Assembly (NCBI GenBank): GCA_009103225.1
Contig: RHPI01003533.1
Coordinates: forward strand, 153,474 to 217,473
Direction of reading: 5' to 3'
Origin: Chlorokybus atmophyticus
Lineage: Eukaryota; Plantae; Mesostigma and Chlorokybus algae
DNA length: 64,000 bases
The position numbers were made by a program, and so were the translations under genes. Below, piece by piece: positions 31,667 through 46,737 of the stretch. Positions within the stretch are counted from its first letter, which is position 1; each line of letters starts with the position of its first letter. The notes under the pieces were generated by a model that worked only from the letters and a program-made list of their open reading frames with translations, did no database searches and was not told where the DNA came from.

Positions 31667-32682
31667 CACAGCTGCCTGAGGGTATGAAATAGCGATTGCA
31701 TGTTGTTCGGTCTTTCCACTCTTCACTCACCCGTGAGTGTGGCAACATTCCCTGTTTATTGGGCTGCTAGCGTTGCTGAGTGCGTGGCGTCAACGGGAGA
31801 GACGAGAACGCGTGTTGCATCGTCAACATCGCTGCTTGTGGGGTGCAACTACGCGCACAGCCTTGCACGCATGTGCAGGGCTAGCAGGTGATGGAGGGGG
31901 AGGAAGAGGGGAGGGCCCTCAGACCTGGCGATAGAGATGGTAGAGGCAAGAGGGGCGGGCAATGCGGAAGTGCAGGAGGAGGACTGGCGAAGGAGGGAGA
32001 AGGGACGGAGGCAGGTAAGGGAAGGAAATGGGGTGGAGAAAAGGGGGCTAAGTCGTATCCATAGTCTCCGTGCAAAGTCTGATATGTGGCAATTGAGATT
32101 GGCCTGCGCATCAGAATGACCCGTGCCACGCAGCAAGCAGTGTATGCCATTGCCACCTGTGCTTTTTCGCAATCTGCTGATGCCTTGGCCGCACATGCCT
32201 TATATTTTCCGCACGCGTCTTGCTGGCTGGCTTGCTTGGTAATTCCAATAGCTCGTATCAGGCGGAAACGACGCGTTTGTCAAAGCCGCGGCCCTCCTTA
32301 GCAAGCAGGACTCCTTGCCAAGCACGGGTTGATTGGCAACTTGATGATCCGCCAATATCGATTGCATCATTTTGAGCTACTACAACTACCTGCTGCGATG
32401 TTGCCAGGCCGCGACCTTCTGGCCAATGAGTTCTTACAGCGTACAGTGTAGCAAGGCCGCACCGGTGCTGGGTACAGCAGTGCATACTTGCTGCTGTACC
32501 CTGCTTGGTGGGCTGGCCAAGTGCCGTCAGCCTTGGCTGACTCAGCAGGCCTTGCTTGAGTCATTGCAGGCAACGCCCGCGCTGCTGCAGCTTTCACATT
32601 CTGGCTCTCTCGCTCCTTCTTTGTAGATGTGCGGGTGGGTGAGTGGGTCTGGCTGCCTGTTGGACGCCATACCCAAAGCACG

Positions 32683-35600
32683 ATGATGGCGCCGGCCTGG
32701 TGGTTGCCTCTGCTGCTGCCTTTACTAGCGCTGCTGCTTGGCTCAGGTAAGAGCAGCCTGCTCTGGCTTCGCGCTTGCAGGTGGCTGACAGCAAGAAACT
32801 CCCGCTGCCTTTTGCCGCTCACGCTCATGTTTGCCTGAATGCAGGCCGCGAGGCGTCTGCTGTGTCCGACCAGGAATGTGAGTGTGTGATTTGCAGGTCT
32901 GCCACGTGCACTTGCATGCATTCTGCCATGACCGCTTGCGTGCAACGGCCTCAGGTTTTGCACGGATTGTGAGACATGGGGGGTGTGCAGTCACACGCTC
33001 ATGCTCACGCTCTGTGGCACCATTGGTGTGGCAGTTGCGGCTGTCCAGTGGCTGCAGGCGGCCGTCTACTACGTCAATGACGCCGGTGAGCAGGTGCAGG
33101 GGCCTCCCAACTGGCCTTCTGATCTGACTGGCTACGACGTCTGCCACTCCCTGCCTGAGATAATATGCGACAACGGAGCCATTACTATTCTGTGAGTAAC
33201 AAACACGTGCTCTTCTTGGTAAATCACAGCCGCTGTCACTGGTTTCACTTGGTCTTGACGCATTGCATATCTGTCAGGAACTTGTCTGGTTATAAGCTCC
33301 ACAATACCCAGCCCTTGACCGCGCTCAACAACCTTACCAACCTGCAGGAAATGTAAGTGTGCTGAATGTACGATTACATGCGCATATTCAAACAATCTTG
33401 TTAATGACCTTGGTGTGTTGTCATGTCATTGATGCACTGCAAGCATACTTACAGTGACTTGATTATGTGGGTGCAGGTCGCTGTATAACAACGCCTTTTC
33501 TGGACCGCTGCCGCCCGAGTGGAGTAGCTTTACTAACTTGAAGTCTTTGTAAGTGCATGATAGAGTACTACTGGTTATGGTTTTTCCTGTTCACAACCTG
33601 GACTCGGTCGACTTACGTAACTTCAGGCCACATTTGAAATGTCCGCTAACCGTTGGCTGCGGTGACGTTGACATGCATACATGATGATGCAGAGGCCTTG
33701 GGAACAACCAGCTCGAGGGGCCGTTGCCGCCAACATGGAGCAATCTGACCAGCCTACAAACTCTGTGAGTAACATACAATGTCTGTTCAATGGGTCGTCG
33801 GATCAATGACAGGGTGCATTGTGCTATTCACTCTCTTATATGCACGTTCGTAGCATGTGTCATTATATGTGATCATGACGTATGATGCATACTCATCATT
33901 ATCATGAGTATGCACACCCATGATGGTTGTGCAGGGATATATCATCCAATAGATTGGTTGGCGAGATACCATTGGAGTGGGGCAACTTGACCAACCTCGG
34001 ATACATGTAAGATACTATGGTTTGCATTTTTCATTGACAAGGCCAACTCGCTTGTTTTGCATAGCAATGAAATCATTTCTCGTGGTGTCACTTACATACA
34101 TAAGCAGGTGGCTGAGCGACAATCAGCTTTCGGGACCTTTGCCAAGCACACTGAGCAATCCGGTCAACTTATTTGTTATGTGAGTCACAAGATGGCTCAG
34201 CCACGCTCTCCTATGTGTGGCATTTGCTGTATACTCGTGGTTGTGCAGAGCGCTGTCACGCAACAATCTGGTTGGCGAAGTACCATCCGAGTGGGGCAAC
34301 ATGATCAACCTCGAATCTTTGCAAGTGAGGGCCGTGGGTATGCGTTCTTCCTTCACAAGGCTAGCTCGCTTGTCTTGCATACCAATGATACTACTTCTTG
34401 TATGGTAACACTGTCACAACGGTTACTACGTATGGCTTACACACATGAGCAGGTATTTGAGCGGCAACCAGCTTTCCGGGCCTCTGCCAAGCCAACTGAG
34501 CAATCTGGTCCACCTGGTTAACTTGTAAGTCACATGATGTCTCAGCCAACAAGTTGTTGCACTGCCCAATGCTTGCTGAGTAATCCGTGTGATGCATGCA
34601 TGTCACATGCATCAATAGTGTTGATCCACAATGTTTCAAGACACTGTCTTGTTGCGGTGCTTCGTGTGCATCTGCTGATGCATATTGATGGTTTTGCAGA
34701 TTTCTGATGGGCAACAAGTTTTCTGGGGTGGTACCATCTGAGTGGGGCCGTTTAACCCAATTAGAATACTTGTAAGTGACGGTGGTCATGGGTGTGGTCG
34801 TGTCTTGTTTACAAGACGGACTCGTTGAACTTACTTTAGCATTCAGGGCGGGCCTCTCTGAGAGTCTTGTATGCTGACATTTGCCTACATAATCAGGAAT
34901 CTTGCAAGCAACCAACTTTCTGGACCATTGCCTGGGACATTGAGAGACATGGTCGAGTTATTAACATTGTAAGTCGCATCTCTTGCTCATCAATCTGTAC
35001 TGTAGCACTTGGCGTGATGTCCTGTATGACACTTGCTCGCTTGTGCATAATCACGTGCTTCACCGTGCGCAGAGATGTAAGCGGCAACGCTCAGCTTTGC
35101 GGGGATCGTCCCGCCCTCAGTCCAAGTGTGTATCTCGCTGATTACAGTAACACCCGCGTTGACATGCCATGCCTATCGCCCCCTCCATCTCCTCTGTCTT
35201 CACCCCCAAGTCCTCCTCCTCCTTCTCCGTCTCCTCCACCACCTCCATCCCCAAGTCCTCCTCCTCCTTCGCCATCTCCGCCACCTCCTCCATCCCCAAG
35301 TCCTCCCCCTCCTTCCCCATCTCCCCCACCGCCTCCATTNNNNNNNNNNNNNNNNNNNNNNNNNNNNNNNNNNNNNNNNNNNNNNNNNNNNNNNNNNNNN
35401 NNNNNNNNNNNNNNNNNNNNNNNNNNNNNNNNNNNNNNNNNNNNNNNNNNNNNNNNNNNNNNNNNNNNNNNNNNNNNNNNNNNNNNNNNNNNNNNNNNNN
35501 NNNNNNNNNNNNNNNNNNNCCCTCCTTCTCCGTCTCCTCCACCACCTGCCCCCGCTCCCCACTCGGTGTGCAGAAGGCAGCCAGAAAAGGGGCAATGGAA

Positions 35601-35871
35601 GCTCAAGTGTGAGGGCAGTAGTAGTAAGCACCGCCCTCTCACTCTCATACACTCCAGAGGCTCACCATGCGCAGTTGCCAGCGCGAGGGCCTGCTGCCTC
35701 CGGTGCCAGCACACAGACCATTGCCTGTTCTGGTCCTTCAACCGCAGCAAGCGCGCCTGCGATCTGTACAGATACATATTGGCTGCGGGGACCCCTACCT
35801 GCCTCCCTTACGGTGGCAACCTCCACGTGGGATCCCGTAGCAAGTGGGTATCTGGCAAACTGTGCGACTGA
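32683..35871 (+). CDS. Secreted LRR protein with an extensin-like Ser-Pro tract and a C-terminal PAN/Apple-like domain
   Basis: Signal MAPAWWLPLLLPLLALLLG; about 9 plant-type LRRs (LxxNxLSGPLPxxWxxLxxL), each on a 72-nt exon; SPPPP repeats interrupted by an N gap; ACCLRCQHTDHCLFWSFNRSKRACDL. Confidence 0.85.
35340..35519. other. Assembly gap (180 N) within the Ser-Pro repeat
   Basis: Run of N. Confidence 0.99.
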
Positions 35872-36070
35872 AACTGTATCAAACAGTTGCCACCTGGGGT
35901 GGCGATGGAGCTTGTAGTAGTTGACATGACCCCGTGCTTTGCATCTCCCTCTCACAAATTGCTTCCTTGGTACTACACTATACTATTATGTATAGACTAA
36001 CAGTGGTAGTGTAATTACAGACATGGTGTCACACATGACCAGTGGTCAAGTAGTTGGATCAAGGACACCC

Positions 36071-36417
<347 letters not shown>

Positions 36418-37772
36418 NGCAGTGCACTGCAGCTATTAGTCTGGCCCTATTGTCAATTTGTTGCAACCTCATCATGGTTGTAGCTGAGCACTGATGCAGG
36501 TTCATGTGGCTGCATGCACATCTCTCTGCAATATTGTGAGCAGCCTCAATCATGAGGAAAGTGCGAGCAGCTCCTCTCCTCCTCCTCCTCCAATGTCTCC
36601 TCCTTTAGATGCACCTCCATGCGCATTCATGCAGCCTCGCTGTCGAGAAACTTATCAAACATCAGCGCACTGCCTGCACTTGCTTCGTGTTGTGCTTCTG
36701 TCTGTGCCACAAACGAGCAACACGCATGCATTCACGTGCCTGCACATACACACGCAGCGCAGCAATGCACCAGCCGCATCTGACTCCAAGATCTCTCCCC
36801 CGCTCAAGGGACGTTTGCCATCGCCTCCTTGTGGGGAGACTCTGCGCTGTGTAGGGTGTGATGTTTACCTCCAGCCGTTAAAGATTGCGATTATGGAGGA
36901 AGGTAGGTGAACGTACTCACATACATGCGTACCTTGCATATGTACGTTGGTTGTCACACGCGTGTGACTTGTGTGACAGGTAAGAAATGTGAATAGATGT
37001 GAGTGTGAGTGAGTATGAGTACGAGTGTGAGGATGAGTGTGAGGATGAGTGTGTCTGAGTGAATGAATTAGTGTGCATGACATGCTCGGTAATGTCAGTT
37101 GACTGTTTCAGAATCCTGTGGTATGCATGCGCAAGCTGTTGTATCACGCACAACAACAGCTGCCGAATCCACCCCGCGGAGACATGTGTTACATTGATGT
37201 CAGACGTGCAATTCTATACCGTGTGAGACGCTTTCAATGGCGGAGACAACAACAGCCACAACAACTAACAGACAGCAGAGCGAAAAGACTCCACGCGCTG
37301 CATCTAAATGTGTGCCCTCGTGTGCGTGAGCATGCGAGCTTGTACATGAGTGTGTGCATGCTCTTATCCAACCAATGCCTGTTCAGAGGGATGGCAGGCA
37401 GCATGCATGGCAAGTTCTGCACACGGTGCAACAAAGCCAAGAGAAGACTGTACGCAACTCCCTGGGCTGCCTCCAGTGGTGTGCAGTACCCCAAAAAATG
37501 CACTAAAGATACTTCATACTTCGATTGCAACTTACAAAGCCTTTTCAGCTTCCTGCATCTAGATGCACCTCTGGATTATTATGAGGTTTGACCGCAGCAC
37601 GAGGGCGTTCGCAAGTGCAGATTGCAAAAGTGCATGTTGCCTCTCTGTCTTCCCCAATGTCTGGACGCTTATGGAATAGCAGCTTCAACGGACCTTTGGC
37701 TGCTAGCACAATCCCTTTTGCTCGGTTCGCCCACAAACATTGACACAAGTAAGCAGTGAGGAGCGTTTGTGC

Positions 37773-38157
<385 letters not shown>

Positions 38158-39175
38158 NCTGGACGTGAAGATGAAGACAAGGAGCAGGAGGAGGAGGAGG
38201 AGGAGAAGGATCCAAACAAGCCGAGGAAGAGGCAGCCGCTTGAACAACAGCAGATACGGTTCATAGCATACTTGTACGTTCAGACACCAAGCAAGTTGTG
38301 TGACAACTTGTGTCGTTCACTCACGATTTCGTACACTCTGTGAGGCACGCATGCAAGCGCAGCCTTTAATCTTAGATATGCTTCAGGGCATACATTCTGA
38401 ATGCTGCTGCATGCACGTGAATTGTTACATGCAGCTTTGCATGCATTCTCGAGTTGGTTGGTTGCTTGCTTGCTTGTTTGAGTGCAATAGCTGCCTTTGC
38501 CTTCGCTTGCACAACACATGGAGTGTCGCACTAACGCTCGGTTGTTTGGGTGTGTTGCCAACCTACCCAATGGTTAGGGGCCGAGAGTGATGCAGTTGTT
38601 GTTGCTGTTGTTGTTTGCTGGCCTTTCCTACCTATTGTTGTGGTGAGTGTGTGTGAATGTGCATTAGCACCACATGCTACAAGGCTCTATGCTGGGTGCC
38701 AAGTTGCCAATGAGTACTCTGCATGGAATTGCGAGGCCTTTGAAGACCTCTTTTAGCGATGATGTAGTCGTTTGATCGGTTGGCTAGTAGTTTTTTACTG
38801 AGTGCGTGTATAGAAGGTGCAAGAGGGATAACACACACGTGTCCACGGGCATTGAGTATCGTGACTTTAGCACGAATATCATTGCACAACGCAATTGAGT
38901 TCATCCCAATGGAACCTACACGTGTGCGAGTTTATGCACATCGCATTATCCAACTTTTCCCAGCGTGCGTGCGTGCATGCATGCGTGCGTGCATGCGTGT
39001 CCGTGCGTGCATCCATGTGTCCGTGCGAGCATGTGCTAGCAATTGGCCATCCATGAGCAAATACAACCACAACAGCTATAAAGATAAGGCTATACACAGC
39101 AAGATGTATTTCTCCAGAACTTCATGACTCGCGCATGAATCATGTCGTATAGATGATTTAAATGATACCCCAAGG

Positions 39176-42073
39176 CTATAGAGCGAGTTGTTCCATGTTG
39201 GCTTCCGCGTATCCCCGCGCCGTATCGACATCAAACATCCCTTCGTTTTGGCTCCAGTTTGGTTGCTGCGGCGGCAGCTGCTGCTCGGGCGGCTGTTCGT
39301 GAAGCTTCAACTTGGCTGACAGCGTCTGCACCTTCAACTCCTTCAGACGAACCAGCTGCTCAAGCTTCCGCACTTTGGCTTCCAGTATCTGCACAGCCAA
39401 CGAGAAGCCAAAATGAAAACCCACACATGCACACGCACACGCAAATGCGTACACGAGTGTTGTTATGACAATAATACCTCGTTGATGTCTCTGAGCTCTT
39501 TTATTAGCGCGTCTTTACTTGCGAGCAGGGCTTTGGTGGTCTCGTGGCTTGGATGCGGGTCCGAATGCCTCCTGTGCAACAAAGGAGTATCTCACTGTCT
39601 GTGTGCATGTGCAAGCGCGCATATGCGCTAGTGTGTGTGTATGCACACGTGTGTGCATGTGTGTATCGTGTACTGTCAGTGCAATGTTGTGTTTTATTAA
39701 CAAGATATGCTTCATGGTAATGCTACGATGCTGTACGACTGTGAACATGTTGTCGTGCATGGTATCCATACACTGTCCCTACCGCGGCGATTTCGGTGAC
39801 CGCGGTGTCGACATCACTCCCGCAGGTGCATCCGCGCGGTCCCGTGTCGATGTCGACGGAGCAGCACTCGCTACACCCTGCTGCTGATACTCAAACCCAA
39901 CATCGTCTTCACCCTCCTCCTGCCCTGGCTGCTGCTGCTGCTGCTGCTGTAATTGTTGTTGTTGTGGTTGTTGTTGTTGTTGCTGTGGCTGTTGCTGTTG
40001 CTGTTGCTGTTGTTGGCGTGCGGGCGTGTGTGCACGCGCGCTCGCCACTCGCGGCGAACCTGATTGCACACATACACGTATGAACACACGGTTACCCACA
40101 TTGTGTTGTGGAGAGCAGAACAGAAGAAAGAGAGACTACAATGTGTTGTGACACAATCCAACTCACCTGAAGGAGAGTCGGAGCATTGGTTTGCTGCAGC
40201 GGTGCCGTGCTTTGCAATCTGCGCGTACATGTGCTTGACTGTGAGTGGCAAGCACGCACTCGGTCATTACGAGTCACTAGCAGTAAGTGCGTGAGTGAGA
40301 CAGCAAGTGAACTAGTGAGTGGGTGCACATAATAATTGAGTGTGTAAGGTGTTGAGCTAGCAGCGCTGCCCTCTCCCTCACTCAATCACCCAGCCTCACA
40401 CTCACATTCACACTCACTACCTTGCCCACTCAGTCACTCCCTGACTCTTTCAATCAACCAATTGATGCCAAAACTGTTCAAGACCAGTCCGCCACTCACT
40501 CACCCGCACGCGTATGCATTCACACCTAATGACTCCACCGCTCATGGGCTTGCCCTCATCCTCTCAGCAAACCATAGGTTTCACCCAGTCACCCACTCAT
40601 TTGCTTGCTCAGTCGTGCACAATGACTCTTTGAGCGAGTGAGTGAATCAGTGAGCGAGCGGGTGACTGAATGAGTGATGGGTGTGATCGCCAACTCTTAT
40701 AACGTAGCATATTAACCAGCTGCTAAGCAAGGGTCGAACAGGTGGTCCAGAAACTGTTAAACGCCAAGGCATGTTTGTGCACGGCACATATAGAAACACA
40801 CATGTTGAAATGCACACCCTTATGTATGCTTGCATACGCGCACGCACATGCACGCTTATCCCAATACGACAAACACTGTAGGGCACAAATAGAGGGACTC
40901 CTTCACACACACGCCCACGCGCGCACACACACCATCGCACCATAACTCCCACGTCCCCACACACACCTTAATCTTGGCGAGCTTGAGCACCTTCTCGATT
41001 GCGCCGGGCACGCAGGAGGCCGCCGCCTCGCAGTCGTCGCGAGACACGGAGAAACCCAAACGCTTGAAAGGCTTCACTGCAAACATGTGCGATCACACGT
41101 GTGCTTGCGTGTATGCATAAGTGTGGGGTATGCACGTGTGCGCGCGTGTGTGTCGCTGCACCTGAGTGTGACAAACTGCGTGATAGCAAAAGGAAGGAAA
41201 CCAACAAGTGCGCTTACGGTTGAGTGTGTTCCAATTGTATAGTTTCTGTGACAGGGCGTTGGCGGGGGAGTAGTTGTGCAGCTCCACGTACCGCGGGTAG
41301 TAGTGCGCAATCACCTCCGCCATCAACACTGTCAACATGTTGTTGTTGTTGTTGCTGATATTGTTGCGTACAACAACAACTGCATCATGAATGAGACCCA
41401 CTCACCCCCGTCGCTGAAGTCACGCGCGATGTTGCGTTTGGGTCTCGACAGCGGGATCTCATCAACCTGCCATCATCACATACAATAAACATTCACTTAC
41501 ACAACACGCACACGTCTTTGGCGGCGTGCGTGCGTGCATGCGCTCGTCGTGATGTGTGTGGTTGTGCATATGAACAAGTGTAAAATGCAACATCATCAAA
41601 GAGTGATAGGAACGTCTGCAGACGTATATACATGCAGTAGGGAATGAGATGAATTTATGTTGAATGCACAATCGTAACATTAGTACGGGTAAATGAATGC
41701 AGTCAGTGCCAGCATGGCGAGTATTGTCAAAAAGGTTCTTCCCCCTCCTGCAAATAGAGGGAAAGAGAAAAGCGAACACAAGGCAGGCTTGGCAGCTATA
41801 AAAGCGGCATAGTGATCACATTGGTTGTATGAGTCAACGAACCAGTTTCACTAGCACCTCCTCTCTAACAAGTTGATTTGTATTGCATCAATGTATAGTT
41901 CGATATAAGTCAAATAGAAAAAAACTACGTCTCAGTCTTACCCATGTTTGTTAAGACACAGCAGGAGAGATGATATGCACATCAAGACGACGGAGACTGT
42001 GCAGAGGCAGTTGAACATTGTATATACTTACCCATTGGTATAATCCTTGCAGCTCCTCTTCTCTCACGTCCAT
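39176..42073 (-). CDS. SPEF1: Sperm flagellar protein 1 (CH-domain microtubule-binding protein)
   Basis: MDVREEELQGLYQW|VDEIPLSRPKRNIARDFSDG|VLMAEVIAHYYPRYVELHNYSPANALSQKLYNWNTLN, and a coiled-coil end ILEAKVRKLEQLVRLKELKVQTL. Confidence 0.9.
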
Positions 42074-43651
42074 TGAGAGGAAAACTTCCCCCTTCTTTAT
42101 TCTTACTTGTTTACTACTGCCTTTTGGCTATCAATAGGTATAGCCCACTGCAGACAGACACAAACTGAGCTAGCGGCTGATGCTGTTGCAGTTTGTTCGT
42201 TATTCACCACGTATTTTTTCCATCAACAGGAGCAGTTTCACTCATCATCAAGCGTCTCCCCTGTATGTTGTGTATAGCGTTGTGTTGCCTACCAAGTTGA
42301 CGTGTGTACAAGCTGTTGCACACCCACACCCACACCCACACCCACACCCACACCCACACCTACACACGCCCACACTTGCAAAACAATTGAGGGGGGAGCA
42401 ATGCAAACGGTGCGCGTTATCGAACGGCTGCTGTGCAGCGAGGCTTGCTCGGCATCGTCTCAGCCGTCGGAGGGAGAAAAATTGTTACGAGTCGACGACG
42501 ACGAGTTACGACGCTCGCTCTGCTGCACAAACCGCTGCTTACGTAACGCGAGCTCACACGGGTATCTTGGAGTACCCGAGAGCCCTACGATTCGCATCGG
42601 ACGGATTCGAGCGAGTCGTATTTGACACAAAGTGACTGACACGGCCTGAGTCGCGTGCCCTTTAGCGACCAGACCAGGCCAGGCCAGGCCAAGGGCAGGC
42701 GGAGCCAGGACCAGGTGAAGAGATGAGTGTGTATAGAGTGTAATGTCTCGGGAATGCTGCATTGCTTTGATACGGCCAGAAGTGTGCTGTGTATGTGAGG
42801 GCGAGATGAAGGGGGTTGAGGCGTGCAACAGCGGTGCAGCGGTCGTACAAAACGTTGCTAGAGTATTGCAATTTGAGATTGCATTGCATTATACCGCAAT
42901 GGGAAGTGAGTTTGTTGCGTTGTTCTTGAGCAACTTGCTAGTCGAGTATAGTGTTATAAGCGTCTTGGTAGTGGATAGGAGTGTGGAATCACCTTTATAG
43001 TTGGTCATTCTGGCTTTAATCATGACGGCTGTGCTACGTATGCCTGAAAGCCTGCATGCATGCATGGAGAAGATGATCGCATTGTGTTGCATGACACACA
43101 TACACACTCACTTCTGCTTCTGGCCTGTAATGTACCTACACCTTCTTCCTGCTGCACTGATATCGGCCCCTTTTGCATGGCAATGCAAGCATGACAGAGG
43201 AGGTGTCAAGATCACCCGAAGCCCTGGACAGCGTGGATATCTGCCCCAAGATGGAGATACATGCAACGCCCAAAGTACACAATTGTGCTGGTGCTTTACC
43301 TTTCAGTATAATCTAGAGTTTGGGTGTTGCATGCATTAAGTTGTAAGCAACTAGTGATTTTGCTTTCTTTCTTTCTTTTCTTTTTTTTTTGGCCATGCAG
43401 AAGGGAGGCAAAGACTGCGAGCAACAGATGCAGGCACAAAGCAATGTGTTTTTTTTAACCACACCCACACTCAACGGTGAGCACACATACCTTGTTTGCA
43501 GTGACTGTGTAGGCCTTGTGATGTTATGGGCTGAGAGATGCACAGGTCCATGTGTGTATGTGTGCACAGTAAGAGAATATTTCATTGTTGAGATGCAGGG
43601 CCCGATACACTACCCGGGACAGAAAGGTCCGCCGGAAGTACTAAGCGCAAG

Positions 43652-46395
43652 ATGAGTCTGCAATCACCACCACCACCACAACAACAACCACAACAACAAC
43701 CACAACCACAACCACAACCACAACAGCAACGTACACAGACACAACAACAACAACGCCAGAGCAAGCGTCCAGGCGTGTTCCGTTTGGGTGGCCGGCCCTG
43801 CTGGCGAGTATACATCAGCGATGACTTCAATAAAAGGGCATTCGTCGGTGATTTCGGCAACCGAGAGGAGGCGTTTCAAGCATATAAGCGAGCGCGTTCT
43901 GGGGAGCGTGGCGAAGGTATCCACTCTGACTTTGAGATGATGTGTTCGTTACCTACCAGCACAGAGCAGCAGCAGCGGAGTGGAAGTGAGGTGGATATTA
44001 CAGGCAATCTGCGCAAGCTGGCGCAAGGTAAGGAGTGGGTGGGTTCATGGGACTTGTGCATCTATTTGTGGAGGGCATGTGCTTGTGAGTTTGAGGGGTT
44101 TTGATACTGCTGCTGAGAACATTTGCATGCGTACGTGTGCGTGCGTGTGTCTATGTGTGCATGTGTCTGCGTGCTTGCCCATGCATTGTTGCGCGTGCGT
44201 GCGTGCACGCTGGTGCATGCGCACATGTGCGTGCATATGTGTGTATGCATGCTTGCTTATGGGACCGTCTGTGCACAGAGCGTGCGAGGAGCAACCGTAT
44301 CGTCGCCAACGCATCCAACCCAAACTCACTGCCAGCCGAGAGCCAACATCCCACCCCCACCCCCACTCCCTCCCCCACCCCCAACAACAACACTAATCCC
44401 ACCCACATTCCCGGCGTCACATTCAACCCTCTCACCCGCCGCTTCGACGCGCAAATCGGCTCGGGATCGCACGCCATCGCAAGCGGGAAGATACGTCTCG
44501 GCTCTCACCGATGTCGCTCCGACGCAATCGTAGCGCGTGAGTATGCGCAAGAAGCAAAGGAGAAAGGGATGCCTCATTACTTGTGGAAGAAAAATGGCAA
44601 AATAGGTGGCAGAAAGCGTGTATCAGAGACTGTCTCAGAGACTCATGTCAAGGGTGTGATGTATGAACGGCGACGGGACCGGTATGTTGCTTACATCGGT
44701 TATAATGGTAGGAAGATTCTGTTGGGGGCGTCTTTTGTTACACGTGAGGATGCGGTGCGTGTTCGCAAGCACGCCGAAGCGTGCAAGGAGAAGGGGTTGG
44801 GTTTGGAGGAGTTGAAGAGAAGCATTCAGGAGGTGCGGTTGCGCAGACAGGTTACAGCGAGCAAGGAGAGGATATCATCAAGTGGCAAGCGTCCGCACCA
44901 GATAGGGAGACGTGCACCAGGTGGGGTGTGTGGGGGTGGGTGTGGGGGTGGGTTCCCTCCTCGGTCTCATGCGCACGCACGCACGCATGCATGTAAATTT
45001 GCATGCGCGTGCATGGCCACCTCCCCCACTCATGTGCACTTGTGAACGACGCCAGCATCGGGCCACAAGGGTGTGTGGTTCAACAAGCGCATCAGGCGTT
45101 ACGAGGTGCGAGTTTACATCGCCAGCCACGGCACCGGCTCGGGCAAGTTGATGCGCCTCGGCAAGTACAAGATTCTTGAAGAAGCCGTCAAGGCTCGGGA
45201 CCGGGCAACCGCAGACCTCAACACGAACAGAGGTGGCGTAACACGCACGTGCGCAAGCAGTTACTCACAGTCACGCACATGCATGCACGCGCGCGCACAT
45301 GCAGATGCATTTTGTATGTGCGCATATGTGCATGCGTGCACACATCCACATATCCACGCACATACGCGCACATGTATCACCACCCCCTGTCTTGTTGTGG
45401 TCCTCGTGCTTCAGATTGTATTCACATCCACTCACACTCTCCTTCACATCTCTCTCACAGGGCGTGCCAGTGCTAAGCCACCTCAGGTGCCTCTGCCTCA
45501 ACACCCGCCTCAACTCCAATCTGCCTCAGATGCACTCGCCCGTGCTGAGACTGAGCAGCGTGTGCCTCCCGTCGCGATCGGGTACAGTCGCGCGTACTAC
45601 AACAAGCTACAGCGTAAGTGGACGGCGTACTACAAGACGGGCCCCGGGGAGGCAAATAGACGCTACCTCGGCACTTTTACAAGGTCAGGACAGGAGCCCT
45701 GCCAATGTGTGTGTGCGCGCGTCAAGAGAGTGAGTGAAGTTGTGGTAGATTTGATCGTGTGTGGGTTTCTTTGGCGTGTCAGTGCTGATGCCGCTGTGCG
45801 CGCGATTGAGTTGAAAGAGAAGGAGGAGGAAAAGGAGAAGAAGGAGGAGGAAGAGAGGGAGAAGGAGGAGAAGGAGAAGGAAAAGAAGGAGAAGGAGAAG
45901 GAGAAGAAGGAGAGGGAGAGGGAGAAGGAGCAGGATAAAGAGAAGGAGCAGGAGCAGGAGAGTGAGGGGGAGAAGGGGGAGAAGGCGAGTGAGAGGGTTC
46001 AGAGGTCCGGGATGTCCAGTGTTGCAGCAAAGCGCGTGCATCTGGTGCCAAACACAGCGAGCGTCTTGCCGTGGGAGGTAAATCATTTTCTTTGTCATGC
46101 TGACAAAGATGAGGACACCAGCAATGACAACATGGTCAACAACCAAACTGTCATCGCACGCTGCATCTTTTGCATACACTTGCATGCTTTACTGTATGCA
46201 AGTGTACGTCAAGTGCTGTGTTCACCACAAATGGTTGTCCACGGGGACGCCCACACACATACACACCCACACGCATACACACACAAGCACTCGCATGCAC
46301 AGGTGTGGGTGGGAGATGCTCTTGTGGCCGCGCATGCGAATGTCAATGACGCCGCCAGAGACGCCCTCGCTAGGGAAGCTGCTGTAGTGCAATAA
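43652..46395 (+). CDS. Protein with about five AP2-like DNA-binding domains; start uncertain
   Basis: Repeated units: GVFRLGGRPCWRVYI..VGDFGNREEAFQAY; GVTFNPLTRRFDAQI..LGSH..DAIVAR; GVMYERRRDRYVAYIGYNGRKILLG..TREDA; GVWFNKRIRRYEVRV..LGKY..EEAVKARD; YYNKLQRKWTAYY..RRYLGTF. Confidence 0.7.
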
Positions 46396-46737
46396 GTATC
46401 ACAATGGTAGTATCGCTGATATTACTGCCAACTTCTGGTCCAATGGATTTGTACGTACCAACCAGTTGTGAAATTACCTCACTGTAACAGATACCCATAG
46501 ATGTACCTAACCAGAGTGTTGTATACAAAAGGATGTAAATGTACATGTACATGCGCGATGTCTCTATCGATGTCTCATAAGAGTTTCACCCCTGAGGCTA
46601 AAAGGTAACTTTTCGCTAACCCACATGAGGGGTAGATGCAAATTTACATGCAGAGGTAGATATGAAGAATATGCAGTGAACCACACGTGCACCAATACGC
46701 GTACGCCGGATTTGTGTCACTCCCACATGTTGGTGTG

